Numbered from the stretch's first letter, positions 18,376 through 27,740 are shown. The stretch: 32,000 nt of DNA from Wolbachia endosymbiont of Drosophila innubila (GCF_021378375.1 NZ_CP076228.1:540001-572000); one strand, 5' to 3'. Notes: a model not told the origin generated them from the letters alone. Numbers and translations are program-made.

Positions 18376-19608
18376 TTAATTCAACTCAATTTTTAACCTA
18401 CCAGGAAAAAAGATATCAAGTTGAGACATAGTTAAAGCCCAATTAGGGAGAGCCATAATCCACTTTTGCTCTACTTTTTTTATAGCACAATATACCTGTT
18501 TGTACAAGGCATTTGTGCTGGTAAATGAACCCTTAGTTTTAGTAAATTTCCTGATTTGTCTATGCAACCCTTCAATTGGATTAGTGGTGTAAATCAGCTT
18601 CCTAACTGGCCCAGAATACTTAAAATAACTGGATAAGTTTTCCCAATTGTTCTGCCAGGATTTTATAACTAAAGGATACTTTTCTCCCCATTTTTCTTCC
18701 AGCTCAAGCAGATAATTCTCAGCAATTTCTTTACTTGAAGCACGATATATTTTTTTCAGATCATTCATGAAAACTTTTACATCTTTACTGGATACATATT
18801 TCAGTGAATTCCTTATCTGATGCACTATACATAGCTGCACTTCTGCACTGGGAAATACACTATTTATAGCTGTAGGAAAGCTTTTTAGTCCATCAATGCA
18901 GGCAATTAGAATATCTTCTACTCCTCTTTCTTTGAGGTCATTTAGAACTCCCAACCAGAAGGTAGCTCCCTCACTTTCAGCCAAATAAAAACCTAATACT
19001 TCTTTTCTGCCATTTTGATTTATACCCAATATATTATACATGCATTTACTTACGCAATGTCCGTCCTCCTTGACCTTAAAAAACATGCCATCCATGAACA
19101 CTATTGGATACACTGATTGCAGTGGACGGCTGTGCCATTCATTGATTATTGGTAGCAGTTTATCAGTAATACTGGATATCTCTGCTGCTGATATTTTATG
19201 GTCATATATTTCCTCAACGTGTGAAGCTATGTCTCTGTATCCCATGCCACTGGCGTATGTACTTAAGACCTTTGCTTCAAGTTCTGGATGTAGGCTTGTT
19301 TGCCTTTTTTTGACTATTTGCGGTTCAAAGTTTCCCTCCCTATCTCTTGGTGTTAGCAGCTCAAATGAACCTGCACTCGTGCGTAAAGTTTTTGCATTTC
19401 TCCCATTTCTTCGGTTATTTTCTTCACTTTTAGCTGACATGTGGCTTTCTATTTCACCTTCCAGACTTGCCTCTAGCAACCTTTTTATAAACGGTGTTAA
19501 TGCTCCATCTCTTCCTGTCAATGGTTTTCCTTCTCGTATAGATGACAGGATATTTGTTTCTAATTCTTTATAATCTACCAACCCATTAGTTCTATTTGCT
19601 TGACTCAT
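18376..19608 (-). CDS. IS256-family (mutator-type) transposase, apparently intact
   Basis: 410-codon ORF with the typical IS256 pattern as I remember it (LLEASLEGEI..., FEPQIVKKRQ, VFMDGMFFKV, ACIDGLKSFP, QLCIVHQIRNSLKYV, TTNPIEGLHRQIRK). Confidence 0.9.
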   Translation of the reverse strand: MSQANRTNGLVDYKELETNILSSIREGKPLTGRDGALTPFIKRLLEASLEGEIESHMSAKSEENNRRNGRNAKTLRTSAGSFELLTPRDREGNFEPQIVKKRQTSLHPELEAKVLSTYASGMGYRDIASHVEEIYDHKISAAEISSITDKLLPIINEWHSRPLQSVYPIVFMDGMFFKVKEDGHCVSKCMYNILGINQNGRKEVLGFYLAESEGATFWLGVLNDLKERGVEDILIACIDGLKSFPTAINSVFPSAEVQLCIVHQIRNSLKYVSSKDVKVFMNDLKKIYRASSKEIAENYLLELEEKWGEKYPLVIKSWQNNWENLSSYFKYSGPVRKLIYTTNPIEGLHRQIRKFTKTKGSFTSTNALYKQVYCAIKKVEQKWIMALPNWALTMSQLDIFFPGRLKIELN

Positions 19609-20300
19609 ATCAAACCTCCTTTTTTTATATCAATTTATTACTTTTTTTTTCGGTTTGACACACTTCTTTGAACGTTCCCTGTATTTCCTTGAGTGTTAAA
19701 CCAACTTTGTTTGCTAAATCTTCCTGAGTATACCTTTTTATCAATCTCCATTCTCTTATTCTTTGTCCTATTCTGTAATATATAGAATCAGTGCAGATTT
19801 CTCTCTCTGTACTATCATACTCGTAAATAGATAAGCCCGTTGCTTGGAAAATTATTTCAACAGAAACTCCTGCTTTAACTAGATTCTTTGCCACCTCTAT
19901 TCTTGCCACTTTTCTACTATTTTCCTTGCTAGCTTGTGCAGATGTAATTAATGAATAAACTACATCTTGATTCCCAATTTTCTCATACTTTTCTACTAGA
20001 TCTAATATCTCTTTCCCCTCACTCTCGAGATAACTGTCTTCATTTGATACAGGAATAAGATCCATAATGCTAACTGATAGTGCTTCTGCGATGCTATATA
20101 ACCTTCTGATTGAAATTTTATGCTTTCCTTTTTCGTAATGGAGTATTACCCAGTATTTTACCCCGATTTTCTCCGCTAAATCTTTTTGAGTATACCCTAG
20201 CTTTAACCTACGATTTCTTACTTTCTCTCCTACTTTGCGGTCTAAAGAATCAGTATAGTTATCGTTGCTAGCGGTCATTCTTTTGCGTAACCTGCTATAA

Positions 20301-21214
20301 GAGGTTGTCCGGAAACAAGTAAAAGGCTATAATATCTGAAATTTTAGTACGGGGTAAAGATGAGAAAAAAGTATCCAACAGATCTAAGCGAAAGGGAATG
20401 GGCAAGAATAGAAAAACACTTCAGAGTATCATACAAGAAAGGAGGAAGGCTGCCAAAGTATAGCAAAAAAGAAATATTAGAAGCAATTTTCTATGTATTG
20501 CGTACAGGGTGTCAATGGCGGTATTTACCAAATGATTTTCCGCTATGGAAGACTGTGTATGAGCAGTTCAGGCAATGGAAGAAGCAGGGAATTTTGAGAA
20601 AATGAATTATGAAATTACAAAATATAGTAGAAGAAAAATAGGAAAGAATGAGCAGCCGAGTGCCTGTATAGTAGATAGTCAATCTGTAAAGACTACAGAA
20701 AAGGGGGATCAAAGCTATGATGGAAGTAAAAAAAGTAAAGGGTAGAAAAAGGCATATAATTACAGACACTCAGGGTTTTATACTAGGTTGTTACGTAGGC
20801 GCTGCTAACGAAAATGATAGAGATGGTATTAAAATAGCATTAAACAATATGAGAACAAAATATACTAAAGTTAAAAAAATGTGGGCTGACATGGGATACC
20901 AAGGAAGAAATTTAAAGAATCACATAAAGGAAGAATATGACATAGATATTGAAATTGTTAAAAGGCCTCCATGTAGATTTTGGGTGCACAAAGATACGCC
21001 ACCTGAGCTACTACCAACAAGAGAACAAGGGTTTAAAGTACAGCCAAGAAGATGGGTTGTAGAAAGGACTTTTGCTTGGGTTAATAGGAATAGAAGGCTA
21101 TCGAAGGAGTATGATTTACTCACAACATCCACTGAGAATTTCATATACCTAGCTATGAGTAGGGTTATGTTAAAGAGGGAATATGCTTGAATTTACTTGT
21201 TTCCGGACAACCTC
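20301..21214 (+). mobile_element. ISWpi1-like IS5-family element, copy 1
   Basis: 23-bp perfect terminal inverted repeats GAGGTTGTCCGGAAACAAGTAAA. TAA on both flanks (20298-20300 and 21215-21217). Ends are uncertain by 1 nt because the flanking A/T could extend the repeat, giving 916 bp. The ISWpi1 name is from memory of its size and family. Confidence 0.85.
20360..21190 (+). pseudogene. IS5-family DDE transposase, copy 1, frame broken between 20592 and 20734
   Basis: T4 at 20592-20595 (T5 in the other copies) truncates the reading at 20605. A7 at 20728-20734 brings the reading back to the original frame. DDE region: GRKRHIITDTQG, WADMGYQG, VVERTFAW. Confidence 0.8.
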
Positions 21215-21455
21215 TAAAATCTCCTTTAGAAGTTTGAGATAGAAATTTTGCTAGCATATTGTCACCTTTGTTGAAAACTAGTATATTAAATGCCTATGCT
21301 GTGACAAGATAAAATGGCACATCTAAAATAGGAGACCACCAAATTCATGGCATCCATTTCCTGAGGCGCTTTACAGAAGGGTTGATAAAAAAGGACGTAA
21401 AGTAGAGGATGCTATTCTAAGATGATCTCTAACAGCCGTTTAAAAAATAAAAAAC

Positions 21456-21484
21456 TTGAACATCCCTTCAGAATTGTGTATAAT
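21456..21484 (+). promoter_or_regulatory. Sigma70-type promoter candidate: TTGAAC, 17-nt spacer, TATAAT
   Basis: TTGAAC at 21456-21461, a 17-nt spacer, and TATAAT at 21479-21484. This is 28 nt upstream of ATG 21512. Confidence 0.5.
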
Positions 21485-21511
21485 TGTTAATGCTTTTTGG
21501 GTTTTCTCCTC

Positions 21512-22444
21512 ATGGCTCTTTCTGAGTTTCTTGATGCACGCAACGATTATGCTTTTAAAAGAATATTTGGCACCGAGAAGAATAAGGATATCCTCATGCA
21601 TTTCTTGAACGATACTTTAGGCTTTACTGGTCTGGCTGCTATTCAGGATGTTGAATTTTTAGCTACTATTCTAGACCCTGAGATTGTTGCTAAAAAGCAG
21701 AGCATTGTTGATGTTCTTTGTAAAGATTCTCAAGGCTCCAGGTACATTATAGAGATGCAGTTCACTAAGACCAAAGGCTTCGAAAAACGTGCCCAATACT
21801 ATGCTGCTAAAGCCTACTCGAGTCAGGCAGATCAAGGTGATGATTATCACAACCTCAAGGAAATTATCTTCATAGCTGTTGCTGATTGTATTATTTTTCC
21901 AGATAAAGCTGAGTACAAATCAAACCATACTATTCGCGATGAGAATACTAATGAACATGACTTGAAGGACTTCTATTTTGTATTCATTGAACTACCAAAG
22001 TTTACAAAGACGAAAGAAGACCAACTAGAAAATGTAGTAGAAAAGTGGTGTTATTTTTTTCGGTATGCAGCAGAAACAAGAGAAGAAGACCTAGATAAAA
22101 TAGTTGGTAGTGATGTAATAATAAAACGAGCTTATGAAGAGATGAATAAGTTTAATTGGTCAGAAGAAGAATTACTAGCATATGAGCAAAGGAAAAAACG
22201 TTTAATGGATGAGATAGCTGCTTTCGCTCAAAAATTTGATGAGGGTGTTAAGGTTGGCGAAGAAAGAGGCATTAAAATCGGTCATCAAAAAGGCAGAGCC
22301 GAAGGTATTCAAATCGGTGAAGAGAAGGGCGAACAACAGGCTAAAATTGCTGTGGCTAAAAATTCACTTAAAGCCGGTGTCTCTATTGATGTTATAGCTG
22401 AAATCACCGGCCTTTCCATCGATGAAGTTCAAAAGTTAAAATAG
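21512..22444 (+). CDS. Rpn-family recombination-promoting nuclease / PD-(D/E)XK putative transposase
   Basis: ATG 21512 (MALSEFLDARNDYAFKRIFG) is preferred to the track TTG 21497. The N-terminal D.AFK.IFG pattern and the VDVLCKDSQGSRYIIEMQ nuclease core are typical of this family. The C-terminus carries AKNSLKAGVSIDVIAEITGLSIDEVQKL. Confidence 0.8.
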   Translation: MALSEFLDARNDYAFKRIFGTEKNKDILMHFLNDTLGFTGLAAIQDVEFLATILDPEIVAKKQSIVDVLCKDSQGSRYIIEMQFTKTKGFEKRAQYYAAKAYSSQADQGDDYHNLKEIIFIAVADCIIFPDKAEYKSNHTIRDENTNEHDLKDFYFVFIELPKFTKTKEDQLENVVEKWCYFFRYAAETREEDLDKIVGSDVIIKRAYEEMNKFNWSEEELLAYEQRKKRLMDEIAAFAQKFDEGVKVGEERGIKIGHQKGRAEGIQIGEEKGEQQAKIAVAKNSLKAGVSIDVIAEITGLSIDEVQKLK

Positions 22445-22740
22445 TCACACTTCACCTTAGTCTTAAATCTCTAGTTCTTTAAATTTCCCCATGAATGGCT
22501 ACTCAAGAGTCTAAAGAACTATCTAAAATAGCAATAAAAATCACGCATAATATTATACAAACTAACACCATAATAAAATCCTCATACTCAGCCTTCCACA
22601 TCAAAGCTACAATTTGATACGCAAAACACATTATCTATGTTTTTCATCTCTTCCACGACCATTCATTTTCCTCTCTTTTCTTCTGCTCTTGAGAAGCATA
22701 TTTACCAAGGACAGAATTTCCTGTAGTATCAAACCCACTC

Positions 22741-23782
22741 GGCTTTGTTGCATCACGCTTTATGAGATGGTGATTTATGGTAAATTCATGTAACTATCTC
22801 AAATTTAGCCATACCAATATCAGTGAATTTATTAAGCAAATAGCATTTAGTTCTTTTTCTCGATTTATCTCAGATTTATTCCTAAAACTAAATCCGAATA
22901 TTTGCTTTAATCTTGAGAAAAACCCTTCAATATAAGATCTTTTCCCATAATTTACTTCTTTTTTCCATTCTTTCATGCCACCTTCACCGTATAATTTTAT
23001 TAACCTAATAGCAGCATTCCTGTCAGACATATAATCTATTTCTGGATGTTCTGCCGCATTGTTTATTGGTGGAATTTTTGTCTTTATATCATATTCGTTA
23101 CACAACTTATAAAACTTGTGCCTATCACATGCTCTATCTGCATATAGTGCTTTTATGGCATGCTGAAAATCAACTTCTTTTAGCAAATCACAAGCTCCAT
23201 AGTGATCAGCCGTTACTGTATTTTACAGCTATGGCTTTTTTGTTGTTTATATTCAACATTACGTGCAATTTTCTCGTTTGCTCATAGCCACGATATTTTC
23301 TGTCAGTGCTATTTTCCTTGCTGTGTGTTGTTGTATATACTAATTCCTGTACTGTCTATAGCAATTTCGATATCTTCCATATTATTTTCTGCAATCATTT
23401 ATCTTAATATTAAGTTTCTTTTGATGCTTGTGAATAGCTGCAAATCTCTTCCTATTTGTTGCAAATACCCTTTTATAAACCCGACTGTTTGTCTTAAACC
23501 AATTCTAAAGAAACTGACGATTATATGCACCAAAATCACAACTTTATCACTATAAATATAGTTGCCGCCCTGCATTTTTGGACAATTCTCGTACCAATTT
23601 TCTATGGCGTCATTGATATAACAAAAAATGCTTCCTCTTTCTTGGAGAAATTTGTTATATTCATGGCAGTTACTGACTCTCATTTTTTGTGGCATATTTT
23701 TTCTTCAACAGTTAAATGGCTATTTATAATGAATTTTGTCAGTAACTGCCAGTTCTTTTCACTTGAGCGATGCAACAAAGCC
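22741..23782 (-). mobile_element. IS5-family, IS903-group insertion sequence (1042 bp) with a degraded transposase
   Basis: Terminal inverted repeats GGCTTTGTTGCATC(A/G)C at 22741-22756 and, complemented, 23767-23782. 9-bp flanking duplication AACCCACTC (22732-22740) vs ATCCCACTC (23783-23791), 8 of 9 identical. Confidence 0.85.
22794..23695 (-). pseudogene. IS903-like DDE transposase, frameshifted or degraded in the middle
   Basis: The N-terminal ORF (SNCHEYNKFLQERGSIFCYINDAIENWYE; YSDKVVILVHIIVSFFRIGLRQTVGFIKGY) and C-terminal ORF (ADRACD; KIPPINNA; SDRNAAI; YGKRSYIEGFFSRLKQIFG) parallel IS903 transposase segments from memory. The 23187-23398 section has no continuous frame. Confidence 0.8.
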
Positions 23783-23943
23783 ATCCCACTCTCAGAAGAT
23801 AATTCCATACTAGGGTTGTGTTGCTCTGAAGCATGCGCTTCACCATTTTTGTTAACTGACATGTTATCTAGACTACGCTTAGCAATACCTAGATCATTCT
23901 TAGCTTTACCTAAAGCCAGTAAAATATCAGGATCTTCGAGATG

Positions 23944-25705
23944 GTGCGACCTGAAAGCCTTCGGTCATATTGTTTATAAAAGGAGAGGAATTCATTCAGA
24001 AAGAAACTGAAAGGATTCTAAAGCTTATTGAGCCAGATGTTTTGCCATCTGAGTCTACGCATCAGTGCGAATTGGGTAACCAGTTGGTGCTGAGCGACGC
24101 GGACAATGAACCTCCTCTTGATAAAGAAGATGCTCAATCGTGAGAGAAAGCATAAACTACAAGCATCATGTGGTTGGAGGGCTAGGCTTAGTGGTATGGT
24201 GAACGTAAGTGAAGCTTCATAAGTATCGTAACGATTAAAGAGCTAAAGATGCTGATAAGCTCCGACCAAAAGGTAATGTGACATTTTTCATTTCTGGATG
24301 TACGCAAATAATAATTCCACCGGTATAGAGAAGCCACCTAACCCACTATTGTATGACAAAAGGAACAGGATAAGCCTGTATTTTCGCCTATATGGCAGGC
24401 AACCCGCAAGGAATGCTGATGGATGTGCAGGTAAAGGATAATGGAGAAAGCGAATGCCATTTTGTAACGAAATGGATAGAATTTGTAACATTAATTCGCG
24501 TGAAAACGAGCAGACTTCCATTTGGTCCTTCATGACAAGAAACTTTGTTAACCACTTAAGGTAGGAAAGCAGATGATTACAAGTACAACTGTAAGTGCAC
24601 CTACCAATAACTCCGAAGCATGGAACCAGTTACCCTGGAAGAAATGCCAAAAAGTTGTTATGAGGCTACAGAGGCGTATTGTTAAGGCTGTCCAACAAGG
24701 CAGATGGGGTAAGGTGAAAACTTTACAACACCTTCTCACACGCTCTTTTAGCGGCAAAGCTTTGGCGGTTAAGAGAGTAACTGAAAACCAAGGAAAAAAA
24801 CACAGCAGGTGTAGATCGTCAAATATGGTCAACTTGCAACACAAAATTTCAAGGAATAAAGCTATTAAAACAAAGAGGATACAAACCTTCTCCGCTAAAA
24901 CGGATATACATCAGTAAGTCTAATGGCAAAAGAAGACCTCTTGGAATCCCTACGATAAAAGATAGAGCCATGCAAGCATTATACTTGTTTGCTTTGGAAC
25001 CGATAGCTGAAACGATCAGTGATCGTCACTCTTATGGTTTTAGACCAAAAAGATCCTGCGCAGACGCTACTGTGGCTTGCCACTTGTTACTGGCAAGCCG
25101 TAACCAACTACAATGGATACTCGAAGGTGATATTAAAGGGTGTTTTGATAACATTAACCATGAATGGCTCATGAAGCATATTCCTATGGAGAAGAAAATT
25201 CTTCATAGCTGGTTAAAAGCTGGCTTCCTAGAATCAAAAACTCTGTATTCCACAACTGCAGGTACCCCACAAGGTAGTATCATCTCTCCAATACTAGCAA
25301 ATCTAGCCCTAAATGGACTTGAAAAATCATTGGAAAGTCAATTTGGTAAACTTGGCAGTAAAAGAAGAAGCAAAATCAGAAGTGGAGTAAATGTAATCAG
25401 GTACGCAGATGACTTTATCATTTCAGGAATCACACGTGAAGTACTGGAAAATGAAGTAAAACCTCTAGTATCGTCCTTTCTTCAGGAGAGAGGTCTTATC
25501 CTTTCCGAAGAGAAAACAAAAATTACATCTATTACAACAGGGTTTGACTTTCTTGGTTGTAATGTACGCAGGTATAATAAGAAGTTAATTATAAAACCTT
25601 CAAAAGAAAGTATTAAGAAACTTCTTAATAAAGCACGTACATTGATAAAGGCAAACATAGCGAACACTCAGGCCGTACTAATCAAGTTGCTCAATTCCCT
25701 ATTAA
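23944..25705 (+). mobile_element. Group II intron, 5' part only (ribozyme domains I-III/IV plus RT ORF), truncated by ISWpi1 copy 2
   Basis: Begins with the GTGCG 5' consensus at 23944-23948. About 630 nt of non-coding structured-looking RNA precede the RT ORF start at 24573. The element stops abruptly at the IS inverted repeat (25706). The maturase end of the ORF and domains V-VI are absent from the window. Confidence 0.8.
24573..25705 (+). pseudogene. Group II intron reverse transcriptase, frameshifted and 3'-truncated
   Basis: N-terminal WNQLPWKKCQKVVMRLQRRIVKA...LAVKRVTENQGKK. The frame breaks at the A7 run 24794-24800; A6 would give GKNTAGVDRQIW...SNGKRRPLGIPTIKDRAMQA. RT motifs follow: GFRPKRS, ILEGDIKGCFDNINH, GTPQGSIISPILANL, IRYADDFII. 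Confidence 0.85.
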
Positions 25706-26617
25706 GAGGTTGTCCGGAAACAAGTAAAAGGCTATAATATCTGAAATTTTAGTACGGGGTAAAGATGAGAAAAAAGTATCCAACAGATCTAAGCGAAAGG
25801 GAATGGGCAAGAATAGAAAAACACTTCAGAGTATCATACAAGAAAGGAGGAAGGCTGCCAAAGTATAGCAAAAAAGAAATATTAGAAGCAATTTTCTATG
25901 TATTGCGTACAGGGTGTCAATGGCGGTATTTACCAAATGATTTTCCGCTATGGAAGACTGTGTATGAGCAGTTCAGGCAATGGAAGAAGCAGGGAATTTT
26001 TGAGAAAATGAATTATGAAATTACAAAATATAGTAGAAGAAAATAGGAAAAGAATGAGCAGCCGAGTGCCTGTATAGTAGATAGTCAATCTGTAAAGACT
26101 ACAGAAAAGGGGGATCAAAGCTATGATGGAAGTAAAAAGTAAAGGGTAGAAAAAGGCATATAATTACAGACACTCAGGGTTTTATACTAGGTTGTTACGT
26201 AGGCGCTGCTAACGAAAATGATAGAGATGGTATTAAAATAGCATTAAACAATATGAGAACAAAATATACTAAAGTTAAAAAATGTGGGCTGACATGGGAT
26301 ACCAAGGAAGAAATTTAAAGAATCACATAAAGGAAGAATATGACATAGATATTGAAATTGTTAAAAGGCCTCCATGTAGATTTTGGGTGCACAAAGATAC
26401 GCCACCTGAGCTACTACCAACAAGAGAACAAGGGTTTAAAGTACAGCCAAGAAGATGGGTTGTAGAAAGGACTTTTGCTTGGGTTAATAGGAATAGAAGG
26501 CTATCGAAGGAGTATGATTTACTCACAACATCCACTGAGAATTTCATATACCTAGCTATGAGTAGGGTTATGTTAAAGAGGGAATATGCTTGAATTTACT
26601 AGTTTCCGGACAACCTC
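25706..26617 (+). mobile_element. ISWpi1-like IS5-family element, copy 2
   Basis: Same 23-bp inverted repeats, with one T-to-A change at 26601 in the right repeat. TAA on both flanks. The left flank is the intron RT and the right flank is a truncated IS3 orfB, so the flanks do not belong together. Confidence 0.85.
25765..26593 (+). pseudogene. IS5-family DDE transposase, copy 2, several frame breaks
   Basis: Relative to the other copies: an A5/A3 to A4/A4 change around 26037-26051 creates a TAG; A5 at 26134-26138; A6 at 26277-26282. Confidence 0.8.
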
Positions 26618-27740
26618 TAATAGTGACGTTGTTTGTTATAAAAAATTTCTATGTATTCAAATATTGCAGTTCTAGTTTGTTGAGCAGAGTGTTGTGAAGT
26701 ATCAATAAGTATTTCTCTTTTCAATGAGCTAAAGAAGCTTTCCACAACAGAATTGTCGTAACAACAACCTTTATGACTCATCTATGTTTTTTATGGATAA
26801 GAGATATTGATAACCTTGCGAAGTATATTGTGAACCTTGATCACTATGTAATAGTAGATTTTTGGCAGGTTTACGCTTGTTAACGGCCATTAATAAAGAG
26901 TCCATAACCAATTGTTTATTTATTGAACTGCTCATTAACTACCATGCGTGAATATAGATCGATTATTGTTGCCAAATATAGCCATCCTTCTTTGGTTTTT
27001 ATATAAGTAATCCCATACTTTATTTGGTTGATCAACAATAAAGTTTTGATCTAGTATATTGGGAGCTACAGCTCTATTATCTGTTTGTTGTTTTTTAATT
27101 TTAAACTTTCTTCTCAGTATAGCCCTGATGTCATTTTTCTGCATAATACTTTGCACCGTTTTCAAATTGCAACTTTTACCCAAAGCCTTCAATTCAGCAT
27201 GAATTTTAGGAGCTCCATATCTACATTTAGAAACTTGATATATTTTTGAATAGCTGCGAGTAGCTCTTTATTTGCTGATTCTCTACTGCTTATTTTTCTT
27301 GTGGTCCACTTATAGTAGCCACTAGCAGAAAATCCTACATAATTCCTGTACTTTATAGCAGTTACTATATAAAAAATATTTTACTCTTTTTGACTGGCTA
27401 GGGCTTTTTTTAAATGTCTCTTTCCCTTGTTACTCTTGCTTTGTAAATCAAACCTCTCTTTTTGTCGTAAGGAGCCATGTTACCTCTACCTGGAAATGCA
27501 TTTGCCGCTGACTTTTTTTCGTTATATTTCTTCATCCATTTTCCTAATACACTATCCCTTATTCCTAGATCTCTTGCTACTTTTGCAACTGGTTGACCTA
27601 CCTTTCTTTGTTCATTTGCCAGCTTAACAGCTTCCAATTTGAATTCTGCCGTATATTCTCTTGCCATTTCTAATCCTCCAAAATTTTATTTTACCCGAAA
27701 AAACTCCTTTCTTTCTCTCCACTTTTTCTGGGTAAGGTCA
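26618..27740 (-). mobile_element. IS3-family element remnant (one end present, other end truncated, orfB degraded)
   Basis: Minus-strand terminus TGACCTTACCCAGAAAAAGTGGAG (27740 downward) resembles IS3-group inverted repeats. orfA is intact. orfB fragments include LLLHSDQGSQYTS and CCYDNSVVESFFSSLKRE...FYNKQRHY, with many stops and shifts. orfB runs straight into the ISWpi1 end without its last ~20 codons or the second repeat. Confidence 0.75.
27410..27667 (-). CDS. IS3-family transposase OrfA (HTH)
   Basis: GGAGG SD. MAREYTAEFKLEAVKLANEQ...VAKVARDLGIRDSVLGKWMKKY...FPGRGN is the classical IS3 orfA pattern. It ends where orfA/orfB frameshifting normally occurs. Confidence 0.8.
   Translation of the reverse strand: MAREYTAEFKLEAVKLANEQRKVGQPVAKVARDLGIRDSVLGKWMKKYNEKKSAANAFPGRGNMAPYDKKRGLIYKARVTRERDI

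Larger units (their letters stand above)
16900..19679 (-). mobile_element. IS256-family insertion sequence (1337 bp once the nested IS4 element is removed)
   Basis: 27-bp perfect terminal inverted repeats GGGAACGTTCAAAGAAGTGTGTCAAAC; the left copy is split by the IS4 element. 8-bp target duplication TGTATTTC at 16892-16899 and 19680-19687. Intact 410-codon mutator-type transposase inside. Confidence 0.9.
16576..20278 (-). pseudogene. Tandem XRE-family HTH transcriptional regulator, disrupted by a nested IS insertion
   Basis: Upstream part 20278-19688 has an HTH (LGYTQKDLAEKIGV...YEKGKHKISIRRLYSIAEALSV) and begins a second HTH (YTQEDLANKVGLTLKEI). Downstream part 16899-16576 continues it exactly (HEYEIGYTAISFDKLYQIAEGLSV). 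Removing 16900-19687 gives an uninterrupted 915 nt (304 codons plus stop). Confidence 0.85.
22644..23943 (-). pseudogene. 3' remnant of an unidentified gene, interrupted by the IS903-group element and cut off at the intron boundary
   Basis: The minus-strand frame is open from 23943 (HLEDPDILLALGKAKNDLGIAKRSLDNMSVNKNGEAHASEQHNPSMELSSESG). After removing 22741-23791 it continues in frame (FDTTGNSVLGKYASQEQKKREENEWSWKR, stop at 22646-22644). Confidence 0.35.

Noticed and set aside
21331-21424. Short open frame RRPPNSWHPFPEALYRRVDKKGRKVEDAILR, reminiscent of the HP.FP..L motif of DNA methyltransferases.
   Set aside because: Only a 6-7 residue resemblance. The downstream sequence does not continue into the expected methyltransferase motifs, so it is too short to call even as a remnant.
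14732-22444. Looked for large cifA/cifB-like or other toxin-effector ORFs, which established knowledge places near regulators and ankyrin genes at WO prophage ends.
   Set aside because: No ORF of suitable size or motif content is present. The space is occupied by the ankyrin, patatin and regulator genes and by IS elements.
23066-24010. Plus-strand ORFs of 73, 117 and 161 codons (23066-23287, 23202-23555, 23525-24010).
   Set aside because: They are antisense to the IS903-like transposase fragments, cross the IS inverted repeat and the intron 5' boundary, and translate to Cys/Phe/Leu/Ile-rich nonsense.
24288-24844. Minus-strand ORFs of 81 and 98 codons inside the group II intron.
   Set aside because: They lie in the ribozyme domains or antisense to the RT N-terminus. 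They have no motifs, and intron RNA structure explains the lack of stops.
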